Shown: positions 26,757 through 37,811, numbered from the stretch's first letter. The stretch is DNA of 45,791 nucleotides from Terrimicrobiaceae bacterium (GCA_044342325.1 JBIIPZ010000028.1:1-45791); one strand, 5' to 3'. The notes: a model not told the origin generated them from the sequence alone. Made by a program: numbers and translations.

Positions 26757-28115
26757 ATGTCTTCCCTGACACTTGAAATCACATTTATTTTTCTGTTGCT
26801 CTTCGCGAACGGCCTCTTTGCCATGGCTGAAATTGCCGTGGTCACATCGCGCAAAGCGCGCCTGAAAGGCATGGCGGAAGATGGCGTCAACGGAGCGAAA
26901 CTCGCCCTCTCCCTGGCCAATTCACCGGGAAAGTTTCTCTCCACCGTGCAGGTGGGCATTACCTTCGTGGGGGTGCTGGCCAGCGCGCTCGGCGGTGCTA
27001 ATATTACAGACAGGCTTGCTGCTGCGCTGAAAAAAATCCCCGCCTTTGAGAACTACGCCGATGCCGTCGCGCTGACGATCGTGGTCGGAGCCATTACCTA
27101 CCTTTCGGTCATCATTGGCGAACTTGTGCCAAAGCGCATCGCGCTAAACAATCCCGAACGCATCGCGTCCACACTCGCCCGTCCGATGAACAGCCTGGCG
27201 AAGTTTCTTTCCCCGCTGGTGAATTTGCTCAATGTCTCCAGCGATTTCCTCATGGCGGCCTTGGGCATCCGCAAGCCGAAAGAGTCCGTCGTATCGGAAG
27301 AGGAAGTCCGCGTGCTCATCGATGAGGGGTTGAGCGCGGGTATTTTCGAGAAGGCCGAAAAGGACATGGTCGAAGGCGTCTTCGAACTCGGCGAGCAAAC
27401 GGCCGGCGATCTTATGACGCCCCGCGCCCGCTTGATCTGGCTCTCGCTTGACGATCCGGATGAGGAAAATTGGCGTCGCATTGCAGGAAGCGGGCATTCG
27501 CATTTCCCCGTTTATCAAGGCACCCGCGACAATGTGGTTGGCATGGTGAGTGTCAAATCGCTCTGGGCGAACCTCTCGCTCGCCGGTCGCGTGGAACTCC
27601 GCGCCCTCGTCACTCCGCCAAACTATGTGCCCACAGCCATGCCTGCCGGAAAGCTCATCGAGGCGTTCAAAAAAACAGGCAAACACATCGCCCTCGTCGT
27701 GGATGAATTCGGCGGACTCCAGGGAATCGTGACCCTCAACGATGTCATGATGGCCATCGTCGGCAACCTGCCCGAGCGTGAGCAGCGACATGACCCGAAG
27801 GCCGTCCTCCGTCAGGATGGCACTTGGCTCGTGGATGCGATGCTCGACATCGATGAAACCAAAACCAGCCTGGGTATCGATGACGACCTGCCCGGCGAGG
27901 ATGACAACCGCTACTCGACACTCGGCGGCTTCCTGCTCCACCAGATCGGCCACCTCCCGCGCGAAGGTGAAAAATTTACTTGGGACCGCTTCGAGTTCGA
28001 AGTCATCGACATGGATCGCCAGCGCATCGACAAGGTGCTCGTCACCGCCAAGGCTCCTAAAAAAGAGAAGTCGAGCGAAGAAGAGGACGACGACGAGACG
28101 CCCGGCGAGGATTGA
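26757..28115 (+). CDS. CNNM/HlyC-CorC family transporter (DUF21-CBS-CorC)
   Basis: FAMAEIA, STVQVGIT, GELVPKRIAL, MTPR, VVDEFGG, TLGGF, IDKVLV. Confidence 0.95.
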   Translation: MSSLTLEITFIFLLLFANGLFAMAEIAVVTSRKARLKGMAEDGVNGAKLALSLANSPGKFLSTVQVGITFVGVLASALGGANITDRLAAALKKIPAFENYADAVALTIVVGAITYLSVIIGELVPKRIALNNPERIASTLARPMNSLAKFLSPLVNLLNVSSDFLMAALGIRKPKESVVSEEEVRVLIDEGLSAGIFEKAEKDMVEGVFELGEQTAGDLMTPRARLIWLSLDDPDEENWRRIAGSGHSHFPVYQGTRDNVVGMVSVKSLWANLSLAGRVELRALVTPPNYVPTAMPAGKLIEAFKKTGKHIALVVDEFGGLQGIVTLNDVMMAIVGNLPEREQRHDPKAVLRQDGTWLVDAMLDIDETKTSLGIDDDLPGEDDNRYSTLGGFLLHQIGHLPREGEKFTWDRFEFEVIDMDRQRIDKVLVTAKAPKKEKSSEEEDDDETPGED

Positions 28116-28124
28116 TCGCGGCCT

Positions 28125-29003
28125 TCAGGCCGTCAATCGCTCGGCCGCCGTCACGCAGTTCGCCATGAGCATGGCAATGGTCATCGGCCCCACGCCACCC
28201 GGAACGGGTGTGATGGCCGCGCACTTCGACGCCACGGCGTCGTAGTCCACATCTCCGACAAGTCGGTAGCCTTTGGGATGTGTGGGATCGTCCACGCGAT
28301 TGATGCCCACATCGATGACCACAGCGCCTTCGCGGATGTGTTCGGCACCGAGGAAATGCGGGCGTCCGATGGCGGCGATGACGATATCTGCGGCGCGAGT
28401 CACCTCGGCGAGGTTACGAGTGCGCGAGTGGGCGACTGTCACGGTGGCGTCTCCGCCCGGTCCGCGTTTCATCAGCAGGAGGGCCATGGGTTTTCCCACA
28501 ATCATGCTACGCCCAACCACGACCGCGCTCTTGCCGGCTGTTTCGATGCCAGCCTCTTGCAAAAGGCGGATGCACCCAAGCGGCGTGCAGGGAACAAAAC
28601 CCGTTCGATCCTCCATCGCGAGCTTGGCGACATTGACCGGGTGGAAGCCGTCGACATCCTTCCGAGGATCGATCGCCAGCACCACTTCAGCCTCATTGAT
28701 CTGAGGCGGGGGAGGGGACTGCACAAGGATGCCGTGCACGGCGGGATCGGCATTGAGCTCCGCGACGAGAGCCAGGAGCGTTGCCTGACTCGTGTCGGCG
28801 GCGAGTTCGTGTTTGACCGAATGCAATCCAAGCTCGGCGGCCTTGCGATCCTTCGAGCGCACATAGGCGCGGGATGCGGGATCATCACCCACAAGAACCA
28901 CGGCGAGTCCCGGCCGGACACCGCGCTGCGCCAAGGCGGCAATGCGAGCCTTTGTTTCTTCCATCACTTTTGCGGCGACCGCCGCTCCATCAATCCGCTG
29001 CAT
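28125..29003 (-). CDS. folD: Bifunctional methylene-THF dehydrogenase/cyclohydrolase
   Basis: [39 protein letters not shown]. Confidence 0.97.
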   Translation of the reverse strand: MQRIDGAAVAAKVMEETKARIAALAQRGVRPGLAVVLVGDDPASRAYVRSKDRKAAELGLHSVKHELAADTSQATLLALVAELNADPAVHGILVQSPPPPQINEAEVVLAIDPRKDVDGFHPVNVAKLAMEDRTGFVPCTPLGCIRLLQEAGIETAGKSAVVVGRSMIVGKPMALLLMKRGPGGDATVTVAHSRTRNLAEVTRAADIVIAAIGRPHFLGAEHIREGAVVIDVGINRVDDPTHPKGYRLVGDVDYDAVASKCAAITPVPGGVGPMTIAMLMANCVTAAERLTA

Positions 29004-29622
29004 GTTTTAAAAGATCCTCCAAGTTTTGTCGTTTCGTTTCGAATTCCTCCGCCGTCAATTCAGCGGGAATGGCTAAAGCTTCGTCGATCGTGACCGACAC
29101 CTTGGAAAATGGCAACGGGATGATGAATCCATCCCAAGTTTTCATTCTCACACACCGCGAGAAGGAGGCGTGTGCAGGCACGATTCGGGTGCCGGTGGTT
29201 TGCGCCAGAAGGATAATGCCAGGGCCCAGTGCGTAGCGCGGGCCGCGCGGCCCGTCGGGAGTGATGGCGATATCGCGACCGCTGCGAATGAGCTTCACTA
29301 ACTCAAGAAGCGCCCGCGAGCCACGCCGAGAACTCGATCCGCGCACCGCTTTCATGCCGAAAGCTCCCACAAGCTGGGCGAGAATTTCACCGTCCTTGCT
29401 GGGGCTGGTGAGCACAGTTACTCCAGCGCGTTTTTTCGGATAGATGCGGTCGAAGGCGAAGGTGATGCCCAGAATCCGGTTGTGCCAAAAACACACGATC
29501 ACCGGCGAGCCCGCGTCTTCCTTCAACACGCCGCTGCGATCCTCGATGCGAAGCCGGAGCGTCAGAAAAAGCGTCTTGAGGATCGTCGCTCCCGTCAGTG
29601 CCAGCAACCGTTCGCGCGTCAT
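28990..29622 (-). CDS. DUF374 lysophospholipid acyltransferase family protein
   Basis: [39 protein letters not shown]. Confidence 0.9.
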   Translation of the reverse strand: MTRERLLALTGATILKTLFLTLRLRIEDRSGVLKEDAGSPVIVCFWHNRILGITFAFDRIYPKKRAGVTVLTSPSKDGEILAQLVGAFGMKAVRGSSSRRGSRALLELVKLIRSGRDIAITPDGPRGPRYALGPGIILLAQTTGTRIVPAHASFSRCVRMKTWDGFIIPLPFSKVSVTIDEALAIPAELTAEEFETKRQNLEDLLKHAAD

Positions 29623-30620
29623 GTCAGAAACTGCTCCAAAATCCGTGTGAGCACCGGCCGCGCCTGCGAGGCCAGCCGCTCATTCGCGTAGGCGATCCAT
29701 GCCACGCCACTCTCGGTGTCGAGCGGCGCGTCGGGAAAGCCACCGAGGGGATGTTCAAAAACCACGCCAGCCTTGCGAAGCACGAGCCAGGCGCAGGCGT
29801 CGTAAGGATGGCAGACGAGCTGGGATTCCATATCCAGCACGCGAAGGATGAGCGGTCGCAGGTCGCCTATCATGCGGTCGTGGCCGGTGATGAGTTCATT
29901 GAACTGGCCACCGGTGGAGAGATACTGGTCGTCGAAAATCTGCGGTGAGAGGCTGCGGTTCAATCCGATCAACTCATCCCAGAGCCGCTCCTCGATTTGC
30001 GAGGTGAGCGTGCGCCCCTCAGGAAAAAATTTCACCAGCGAGGAAAATCCATGTGAGAAGTCGGCGGCCTGTGAGGGAACGGGCTGGATGATTTCGACTC
30101 CCCCGCCCCGCAGGTCGCGGGCTGTGGAGATCAAGTCGCCGCCGAGCGTGGCGCTGAATTGATCGGCCCGCCACTGTTTGGTGACTGGAATTTCCGTCAT
30201 GGCCGCCGCGACGATGTGCGAGAGCATGGTGCCTTCACCCGTCTGCGGCGCGATACCGGCGAGCGCCCACGCGCTGCGCTTGTCATACATGATGCCGCGC
30301 GTGCCATCGATCGGGTCGATGATGCATTTCCAATCCGTGGACGATGCCGCCGTGCCTTCGGGAAAACAAAGTTCGTCCTCGAGGCCTTCCATCACGATTT
30401 GGACAGGCAGGTTCTGCGGCCAGTTTACGCGAAACCACGCAACAATCGCCGCCTCGCTGATCTTGTCGATGGCGTAGATGGTGTCGCCGCCTGCATGGCC
30501 CGCCACTGCCGAGAGGCGCGCAGCATCCAGATGTGTCCGCCCCGAGACGACAGCATCCCGAATGGCATCGCCCAAGCCACAAAGAAGGCCGCGCAGAGTC
30601 TCATGGATCATTTCCGACAT
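29619..30620 (-). CDS. Inositol monophosphatase-like (FIG superfamily) protein
   Basis: GDTIYAID, IIDPIDGTRG, HPYD; start uncertain (30626, 30620 or 30611). Confidence 0.75.
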   Translation of the reverse strand: MSEMIHETLRGLLCGLGDAIRDAVVSGRTHLDAARLSAVAGHAGGDTIYAIDKISEAAIVAWFRVNWPQNLPVQIVMEGLEDELCFPEGTAASSTDWKCIIDPIDGTRGIMYDKRSAWALAGIAPQTGEGTMLSHIVAAAMTEIPVTKQWRADQFSATLGGDLISTARDLRGGGVEIIQPVPSQAADFSHGFSSLVKFFPEGRTLTSQIEERLWDELIGLNRSLSPQIFDDQYLSTGGQFNELITGHDRMIGDLRPLILRVLDMESQLVCHPYDACAWLVLRKAGVVFEHPLGGFPDAPLDTESGVAWIAYANERLASQARPVLTRILEQFLT

Positions 30621-30629
30621 GGGCAAAAA

Positions 30630-32006
30630 TTATCCCGCTGGATGAGCACTTGGCGAGACATTGAGGCGCTTACATTTTCGCAGGAGACGGGTGGACATCG
30701 CTACGGCTGCGACTCCCAAGCCAACGACAAATCCAACCCAGATGCCGGGTGCGCCGAAGCCGAAATGGAAAGCTGTCAACCAAGACACCGGCAGCGCCAC
30801 GAACCAGTAGGAAACGATGCCCACAAAAAAAGGAATCTTCGTGTCCGTAAATCCACGCAGCGCTCCCGAGGAGACAATTTGAATGCCGTCGAAAATCTGA
30901 AATACGCCCGCCAGCACCAGCAGTTGCACGGTGAGCGCTCGAACGGCGACATCCGGTGTAAAGCTCGCCGCGATAGCATTTCCTAAAAGCAAATACCCCG
31001 CCGCAAAAACAGCCATGACCCCTGCCGTGAGCCCAAGCGAGCCGTGCACGATCGGAGGAATCCGTTTCCTCCGTCTCGCTCCCCGCGCGTGGCCCACCCG
31101 GACGCTCACAGCCTGAGCAAGACCCAGAGGAACCATGAATGTCGTTCCAGCGACGGAAAGCGCGATCTGGTGCGCCGCTAATGGCACGACACCCAGCCAG
31201 CCCATCATGAGCGATCCGAAGGAAAAGCCCGTCACCTCGCACAGGTTCAAGCCTCCCGTGTGAATGCCCGTTTTTAGGAGATTCCATGCTTCCTCAAAGA
31301 GGCCAGGAGCGAGCCAGTCGCTCGGCCACGCGGCGCTGAGCGCTCGCTCAAAAGCTGGATACACCAGCATCCCGCACATGACTGCGACTCGGCTCAACAA
31401 GGTGGCAACCCCAGCTCCATTGATGCCCATCGCAGGCGCGCCGAGGTTTCCATAAATCAGAATCCAGTTCAGAAACACATTCAGCAGCACCCCGCCCATC
31501 ATGATCCAAAAGGGAACCCAGGGCCGCCCCAGCGCCTCGCAGAAGTTCTTCGCCGCCCCGCTCACAAAAAGCGGCAGTAGCGACCAGGCGCACAGGAGAA
31601 AAAAGACGCCGACTATCTCGTTCACCTCGTGCGGTTGATCAAGCAGCGGGAGAAAAGGCAGCGCTGCATGAGCCCCCACTCCGACAAGAAGTCCCATCCC
31701 CAGAGCCAGCAGCACGCCGCCGCGCAGGCTGTCACCCGCAAGGTGCGAGCGGCCCGCCCCGTGAGCATGGGAGGCGTTCACACTCACTGCTGAGAGCAGT
31801 CCGAAACCAAAGACCATTGGCACGACCAGGATCGTGTTGGCAAAAGCACACGCAGCCAGTGGCGTCACGCCCACCCGGCCGACCATGATCGTATCGGCGA
31901 TGCCGATGAGCATCTGTCCGACGAGCCCTGCCACGATCGGCAGCGCCAGAAAAAATGTGCGCCGGTTTTCGCGGAGCAGGATTCTAAAGTAGGAGACGCT
32001 TGGCAT
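30630..32006 (-). CDS. MATE family efflux transporter
   Basis: DTIMVGR, LNWILIYG, LAAHQIA, FQIFDGIQ, GALRG. Confidence 0.93.
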   Translation of the reverse strand: MPSVSYFRILLRENRRTFFLALPIVAGLVGQMLIGIADTIMVGRVGVTPLAACAFANTILVVPMVFGFGLLSAVSVNASHAHGAGRSHLAGDSLRGGVLLALGMGLLVGVGAHAALPFLPLLDQPHEVNEIVGVFFLLCAWSLLPLFVSGAAKNFCEALGRPWVPFWIMMGGVLLNVFLNWILIYGNLGAPAMGINGAGVATLLSRVAVMCGMLVYPAFERALSAAWPSDWLAPGLFEEAWNLLKTGIHTGGLNLCEVTGFSFGSLMMGWLGVVPLAAHQIALSVAGTTFMVPLGLAQAVSVRVGHARGARRRKRIPPIVHGSLGLTAGVMAVFAAGYLLLGNAIAASFTPDVAVRALTVQLLVLAGVFQIFDGIQIVSSGALRGFTDTKIPFFVGIVSYWFVALPVSWLTAFHFGFGAPGIWVGFVVGLGVAAVAMSTRLLRKCKRLNVSPSAHPAG

Positions 32007-32035
32007 GGTGGAAAGGCGGCCGGCGCCGCACATCC

Positions 32036-32827
32036 TCAGCGGTGGTCGATCAGTCTCTGAAACCGCTCGATCGACGCCGCCTTGCCGGTCTCGGGATCAA
32101 TTTGAATCAACGCCCCACAGACCTGCACGATGCCGCGCGCGATCGGAAACTTCGTCGGCATGCAGTCCAGGAACTTTTGGATCACAGGCCCCGCCTCGCG
32201 GCCGAGGATGGAATCCACCGCGCCGCACATGCCCGCATCACAGAGAAACGCCGTGCCGCCAGCAAGGATGCGCTCATCCGCCGTTTGCACATGCGTGTGA
32301 GTCCCTACCACGGCAGAAACCTGTCCATCCAGATGCCGCGCCATGGCGATTTTCTCGCTCGTTGTTTCCCCGTGCACATCCACAAAGATCACCGGCGTCT
32401 CCGCGCGCAGTCGTTCGGCCTCCTCGAGCGCGGCGTGGAAGGGGTTGTCCAGTGGCTGCGACATGAAGGTGCGGCACTGCACATTCATTACGGCAATTTT
32501 TCCATTCGCCGTATCCAAGACGATGCTGCCGTTCCCGGGAACGCCCGCCGGATAATTGATCGGCCGTAGCAAGCGCGGTTCGGTCGGAAAGTAGGGAACG
32601 ATTTCCCTCTGGTCCCATGCATGGTCGCCAGTCGTGATCACCGCCACGCCGGTGCGCAGGAGATCGATCGCGATCTTTGGGGAAATGCCCTTGCCTTGCG
32701 CGGCGTTCTCGCCGTTCACCACCACGAAATCGACCTCTCCCGCCTTGAGCATTTCCGAAACCACTACCTTCGCCGCAGCCCGACCGGGCTCGCCGACGAT
32801 GTCACCAAGAAAGAGAAGACGAATCAT
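32036..32827 (-). CDS. ymdB: YmdB-like metallophosphoesterase (TIGR00282)
   Basis: GDIVGEPG, NGENAA, HGETTSEK, GTHTHVQTAD, DAGMCG. Confidence 0.92.
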   Translation of the reverse strand: MIRLLFLGDIVGEPGRAAAKVVVSEMLKAGEVDFVVVNGENAAQGKGISPKIAIDLLRTGVAVITTGDHAWDQREIVPYFPTEPRLLRPINYPAGVPGNGSIVLDTANGKIAVMNVQCRTFMSQPLDNPFHAALEEAERLRAETPVIFVDVHGETTSEKIAMARHLDGQVSAVVGTHTHVQTADERILAGGTAFLCDAGMCGAVDSILGREAGPVIQKFLDCMPTKFPIARGIVQVCGALIQIDPETGKAASIERFQRLIDHR

Positions 32828-32875
32828 CCGTTCTTTTTATAGCAACGCGCCGCGAACGCATTTAAAAAATCCTCC

Positions 32876-34081
32876 ATGCGCAAATCTCTCGCCGCCTCTT
32901 TGCTTTTTCTCGCCTGCCTGCACCCCAGCATGGCTGCCAAACTCAGCCCGCTTGCAGACACCCCGAATTGGTCGCAGCTCGACAAGTTTCAAAAAACAAT
33001 CACCCAGGACGAGTTCACCCGCCTGTTGAACAATGTCTACGCCCCGAACAATGCGGCGGCGGATGTTATCACGATCACTCCCACCGCCGCGCGCATTCGC
33101 ACATGTGCTGGGAAGCCGCCCTACATCCTGAAATTCGCCGGCGCCTCGGCAAATCCGACTCCCCGCTTCTGGCGGCCACGCAGCGATATCGAACCGGAGT
33201 CCGGGAAGCCCCTCGCAGGCTTGCGCATCGCCATCGACCCCGGCCACATCGGCGGCAAATGGGCGAAAATTGAGGAGCGTTGGTTTCAGATCGGAAAAAA
33301 CAAACCCGTTGTCGAAGGCGACATGACGCTCCGCGTCGCCAAGCTCCTCGTGCAGCGCCTGAAAGCCCTCGGCGCCGAAGTGTGGCTCACACGCTCCGGC
33401 TTCGAGCCGATCACAAAACTCCGTCCCGCCCAGCTCCGCAAGCAGGCCGCTGCCTCTCTTCGCGACAAGGGCGAGACCGTAACTCCACGCGCCGTCGCCA
33501 AGGAAAGCGAGCGCCTTTTTTACCGCACCAGCGAGATCCGCCGCCGAGCCACACTCGTGAACAACTCGATCCGCCCGGATGTCGTCCTCTGCCTCCATTT
33601 CAACGCCGAGGACTGGGGCAACCCGGCCAAGCCTTCCCTCGTCTCAAAAAACCACCTGCACTTCCTCATCACAGGAGCCTGGAGTGCCAAGGAACTCACC
33701 TACGACGACCAGCGATTCGAGATGCTCGTCAAGCTCCTCAACCGCACCTACCCCGAAGAAGTCGCCGTTACAAAATCCCTCGTCAAATCCATGACCGCCG
33801 CCACGAAGCTCCCGCCATTCATCTACCACGGAAAAACAGCCGTCCGCATCGAAGACAGTGACTACATATGGGGAAGAAACCTCCTCGCGAACCGTCTTTT
33901 CCAATGCCCGGTCATCTATGTGGAGCCCTATGTGATGAACTCGCGCGATGTTCACGCCCGCATTCAAGCGGGTGACTACGAGGGAAAAAAGAAGGTCGCC
34001 GGAGTCTTGCGGCCGAGCATTTACCGCGAATACGCCGACAGCGTCGCCGCCGGACTCGTCGATTATTATGGCAAACGCTGA
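32876..34081 (+). CDS. Secreted N-acetylmuramoyl-L-alanine amidase-like protein (Amidase_3 fold)
   Basis: Signal peptide; IAIDPGHIGG, EGDMTL, LCLHFNA and IYVEP supply Zn ligands and the catalytic Glu. Confidence 0.8.
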   Translation: MRKSLAASLLFLACLHPSMAAKLSPLADTPNWSQLDKFQKTITQDEFTRLLNNVYAPNNAAADVITITPTAARIRTCAGKPPYILKFAGASANPTPRFWRPRSDIEPESGKPLAGLRIAIDPGHIGGKWAKIEERWFQIGKNKPVVEGDMTLRVAKLLVQRLKALGAEVWLTRSGFEPITKLRPAQLRKQAAASLRDKGETVTPRAVAKESERLFYRTSEIRRRATLVNNSIRPDVVLCLHFNAEDWGNPAKPSLVSKNHLHFLITGAWSAKELTYDDQRFEMLVKLLNRTYPEEVAVTKSLVKSMTAATKLPPFIYHGKTAVRIEDSDYIWGRNLLANRLFQCPVIYVEPYVMNSRDVHARIQAGDYEGKKKVAGVLRPSIYREYADSVAAGLVDYYGKR

Positions 34082-34141
34082 GCCCAAGCGCCGAAGCTGT
34101 TGACAATTCCCCCCCGCTCTGCGCAACAAAGCATCCACGGA

Positions 34142-34942
34142 ATGAAAGTCATCGCCATCACGAACCAGAAAGGAGGAGTCGGAAAGACCACCACCAGCGT
34201 CAATCTGGCCGCAGCTCTCGCGGAAAAAAAATCCCGCATCCTGCTCGTTGATATCGACCCCCAAGGCAGCGCCACAAGCGTTCTCGACAGCAAGGAAAAC
34301 GAAAATCCCAGCATCTACTCCGCTCTCATCGGCGAGAAAGCCGCTGCCGAACTCGTCATTCCCACCCGCATCAAAAATCTTTCCCTCATCCCCTCCAACC
34401 TCGACCTCGCCGGCGCCGAAATCGAAGTCGCACGCATGGATGACCACATGATGCGCCTCCGCACTTGCTTCGAGGGCCTCCGCAAACAAAGTCTCTTCGA
34501 TTACATCCTCCTCGATTGCCCCCCCTCGCTCGGCATTCTCATGTCGAACGCCCTCGCGGCTGCTGATGAGATTCTCGTCCCGATCCAGTGCGAGTATTAC
34601 GCCCTCGAAGGTCTCGGGCTCCTCATGGAGGTGACCGACCGCATCCGCGCCAGTGGAGCGAATCCCACCCTTTCCATCTCTGGCCTCCTGCTCACGATGT
34701 TCGACAGCCGCACGAACCTAAATCCTGCCGTCGAAAAAGAAGTGCGCAGCCACTTTCAAGATGTCGTTTACAAATCCGTCATCCCCCGCACCGTGCGCTT
34801 CGCCGAGGCGCCAAGCCATGGGAAAACCATTTTCGAACACGACCCCCACGGCAGCGGAACCCTCGCCTACCGCAAGCTGGCTAAGGAATTTCTCGACCGC
34901 CAGAAGCAAGGCATGGCCTTCGTCAATAAGACGGGCCAGTAA
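34142..34942 (+). CDS. parA: ParA/Soj family ATPase
   Basis: NQKGGVGKTT, DIDPQG, DCPPSLG, QCEYYALEG, AEAPSHG. Confidence 0.95.
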   Translation: MKVIAITNQKGGVGKTTTSVNLAAALAEKKSRILLVDIDPQGSATSVLDSKENENPSIYSALIGEKAAAELVIPTRIKNLSLIPSNLDLAGAEIEVARMDDHMMRLRTCFEGLRKQSLFDYILLDCPPSLGILMSNALAAADEILVPIQCEYYALEGLGLLMEVTDRIRASGANPTLSISGLLLTMFDSRTNLNPAVEKEVRSHFQDVVYKSVIPRTVRFAEAPSHGKTIFEHDPHGSGTLAYRKLAKEFLDRQKQGMAFVNKTGQ

Positions 34943-34948
34943 AAACCG

Positions 34949-36139
34949 ATGCACCCTACCCCTTTTCAAACCAAATCCCTCTGGGCGGCCATCACCTCGC
35001 TGTCGTTTCTGGCCATCGGAGCCACGATCCTCCTCATCGGTTCACTCATCGTCAGCGCGATATCCTTTCTGCAGCCCGTCCTCACACCCATCGCCGTCGC
35101 GGCCATCTTCGCCTTCCTGCTCGAGCCAGTGGTCAAATTCTCGATGCGCCTCGGCCTGAGCCGACTCATCAGCATCATTCTCGTTTACCTCGCCTTCGCG
35201 GCCTTTTTTGTTGGCCTCCTCGTTTACATCATACCCCCTGCCTATCGCCAGGGAACCACGCTCGTGCAGAACTTTCCGAGCTACATGCAAAAGACGCAGG
35301 CCCTTACGACCCGCACTTTTGATAACTTGCACCGCCTCTCCACTCTCGACTTTCTTCAAAGCGACAGCACCGAGCAGCAGACGAATGAGCAACTCACTGC
35401 CCTTGCCAGCCAATCCATTAAGGACGCCGGAACCTGGGTGCAGCAAAAAATCCCCGACCTCGCTGTGGAATCCGGCCGCTTCATCCAGCGCAGCCTCGGC
35501 GGCTTCCTCGGCGTCTTCGGCCTCCTCCTCAGCATGATCCTCGTGCCGATCTTCCTCTTCTTCTTCCTCAAAGACAGCGCCTCCATCGCCGAAAACTGGA
35601 GCCGCTACCTCCCCCTCCGCGCCTCCCCCCTCAAAAATGAAATCGTCTCCCTAGTCAGCGAAATCAACTCCTACCTCATCAGCTTTTTTCGAGGGCAACT
35701 CATTGTCAGCCTTATCGATGGACTCATGATCGCCGTCGCACTCCTCGTCATGGGACTCGATTTCGCGATCCTTATCGGACTCATGGTCGGCGTCCTCGGC
35801 CTCATCCCCTACTTGGGAATGATGATCTGCTACATCCCCGCCGTCATTATCGCCGCCGCCCAGTTCGGCGACTGGACACATCCCCTCATCGTGACAGCTA
35901 TCTTTATATTGGCCAATAACATAGACGGAATGTTCATCGCTCCGAAGATCGTCGGCGAATCCGTCGGCCTCCACCCCCTCACCGTGATCATCTCCGTCCT
36001 CGCCTGGAGTCTCATCCTCGGCGGACTCCTCGGCGCCCTCCTCGCTGTCCCCCTCACCGCCACCATCAAAGTCCTCCTCAAACGCTACTTCTGGGACCGC
36101 CCTCCATCATCCCCCTTGGAGACTCAACAGCTAACCTAA
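34949..36139 (+). CDS. AI-2E family transporter
   Basis: FFRGQLIV, LIPYLG, PKIVGESVGLHP, LLAVP. Confidence 0.92.
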   Translation: MHPTPFQTKSLWAAITSLSFLAIGATILLIGSLIVSAISFLQPVLTPIAVAAIFAFLLEPVVKFSMRLGLSRLISIILVYLAFAAFFVGLLVYIIPPAYRQGTTLVQNFPSYMQKTQALTTRTFDNLHRLSTLDFLQSDSTEQQTNEQLTALASQSIKDAGTWVQQKIPDLAVESGRFIQRSLGGFLGVFGLLLSMILVPIFLFFFLKDSASIAENWSRYLPLRASPLKNEIVSLVSEINSYLISFFRGQLIVSLIDGLMIAVALLVMGLDFAILIGLMVGVLGLIPYLGMMICYIPAVIIAAAQFGDWTHPLIVTAIFILANNIDGMFIAPKIVGESVGLHPLTVIISVLAWSLILGGLLGALLAVPLTATIKVLLKRYFWDRPPSSPLETQQLT

Positions 36140-36310
36140 TCTGCGGCATCGCTGTTTCAAAACCGGTCGGATCGGATTTCTCTGCTGAACCAATCTTCCT
36201 CGCCGAAGACATGATAGGACTTTTATGTTCATCCACAGGTTGGCAAAGCAAACGAACAACCAATGGCAATTTCCTTCTCTGCGACCTGCCGACCGCATAA
36301 CATCTCCGCC

Positions 36311-36991
36311 GTGGCAATTCAGCCTGATACCATCATTCGCAATTACGAGCCCCGCGACCGCGAGGCTGTGCGTCGGCTTTGTTGCGAGACGGGCTTTCTT
36401 GGCAAGCCGATTGATCCGGTTTTCGAGGACCGCGAGCTCTTTGCCGATTATCTCACCGCCTACTACACCGATGTGGAACCCGAGGCGGCATTCGTGCTCC
36501 AGCAGGGTGGCGTGGTCAAAGGCTACCTCCTCGGCTCCCGGCGTCCGCTGCGCCACCAGTGGTATGGATTTTTTCAAAACCTCCGCCTCTTCGGCATCGG
36601 CATGTTCCGCTATCGTAGATACAACGAAGCCACGCGCGGGTTCATTCGCTGGATTCTCAAAAATTCCTGGCGCGAAGTTCCTGCCGCACCCCGCCGCACG
36701 GCGCACTTCCATTTCAATGTCCTTCCCGAGGCGCAAAAACTCGCCACTACTCAGGCGATGACAAAAATGTATTTCGACTTCCTCCGCGCGCACGGCGAGA
36801 AAGAGGTCTTCGGCCAAGTCGTCACCTTCGAGTCCCGGCGCGGCGCGAAGCTCTTCGAGCGTTTCGGATTCCGCGTCGTCGAGAAGCGGGAGATCACCAA
36901 ATACCGGGACAAACACCCCGAGCCGGTCTACCTCATGACCGTCATAAAAAATCTCACCCAACCCGATTCGCGCACCGTCACCGGCAGGTAG
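36311..36991 (+). CDS. GNAT-family N-acetyltransferase-like protein
   Basis: IRNYEPRDREAV, GYLLG, AHFHFNVLP, LFERFGF; start uncertain (36263 or GTG 36311). Confidence 0.75.
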   Translation: MAIQPDTIIRNYEPRDREAVRRLCCETGFLGKPIDPVFEDRELFADYLTAYYTDVEPEAAFVLQQGGVVKGYLLGSRRPLRHQWYGFFQNLRLFGIGMFRYRRYNEATRGFIRWILKNSWREVPAAPRRTAHFHFNVLPEAQKLATTQAMTKMYFDFLRAHGEKEVFGQVVTFESRRGAKLFERFGFRVVEKREITKYRDKHPEPVYLMTVIKNLTQPDSRTVTGR

Positions 36992-37041
36992 AAAATTTTG
37001 TTTCCATTCGCGCTCGCCAATGGTCTGCTGTGCCTCTCAGC

Positions 37042-37794
37042 ATGAGCACAAAACGATTTGAAAATCAGGTCGCCGTCGTCACCGGAGCAGGACGCGGCAT
37101 CGGCGAAGCCATCGCAAAACGCCTCGCCTCCGAAGGCGCGAAAATTGCCGTCGTCAGCCGCACGGAATCAAACTCCGCACGCACGGCCGATGCCATCAAC
37201 GCCGCCACGCCAGGAGTGGCCAAGCCCTACGCAGTGGATGTCTCCGATTTCGACGCTGTGCAGAAGGCGGGCGACCAAATCCTCGCTGACTTCGGCCGTT
37301 GCGACATCCTAGTGAACAACGCAGGCATCACCCGCGACACGCTCGCCATGCGCATGTCCAGCGACGATTGGGATGTCGTGCTCCAGACCAATCTCAAAGG
37401 CGCCTTCAATTTCACCCGCGCCATCCTCCGCGCCATGGTCAAGCAACGCTCCGGCCGCATCATCAATATCAGCTCGGTCAGCGGACTCATGGGCCTTCCC
37501 GGCCAGGCAAACTACGCCGCCAGCAAAGCCGGCCTTATCGGCATGACTAAGAGCATCGCCCGCGAAATCGCCAGCCGTGGCATCACAGTCAATGTTGTCG
37601 CCCCGGGCTTCATCGAGACCGACATGACCTCCGTCCTCAACGAGGAAGTCCGCAAAGGCGCCCTCTCGCAGATTCCAGTCGCCCGCTTTGGCGCGACGGA
37701 TGACATCGCCGCCGCAGTCAGCTTCCTCGCCAGCGCCGAAGCCTCCTACATCAGCGGCCAAGTGCTCGCGGTGGATGGCGGCATGAGCATGTAA
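37042..37794 (+). CDS. fabG: 3-oxoacyl-ACP reductase
   Basis: TGAGRGIG, NNAGITRD, YAASK, PGFIETDMT, VDGGM. Confidence 0.95.
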   Translation: MSTKRFENQVAVVTGAGRGIGEAIAKRLASEGAKIAVVSRTESNSARTADAINAATPGVAKPYAVDVSDFDAVQKAGDQILADFGRCDILVNNAGITRDTLAMRMSSDDWDVVLQTNLKGAFNFTRAILRAMVKQRSGRIINISSVSGLMGLPGQANYAASKAGLIGMTKSIAREIASRGITVNVVAPGFIETDMTSVLNEEVRKGALSQIPVARFGATDDIAAAVSFLASAEASYISGQVLAVDGGMSM

Positions 37795-37811
37795 AAAGGA
37801 AGCCTCCCTCC

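Noticed and set aside
36229..36237. DnaA-box-like TCATCCACA near parA
   Set aside because: Single imperfect box, no cluster or unwinding element.
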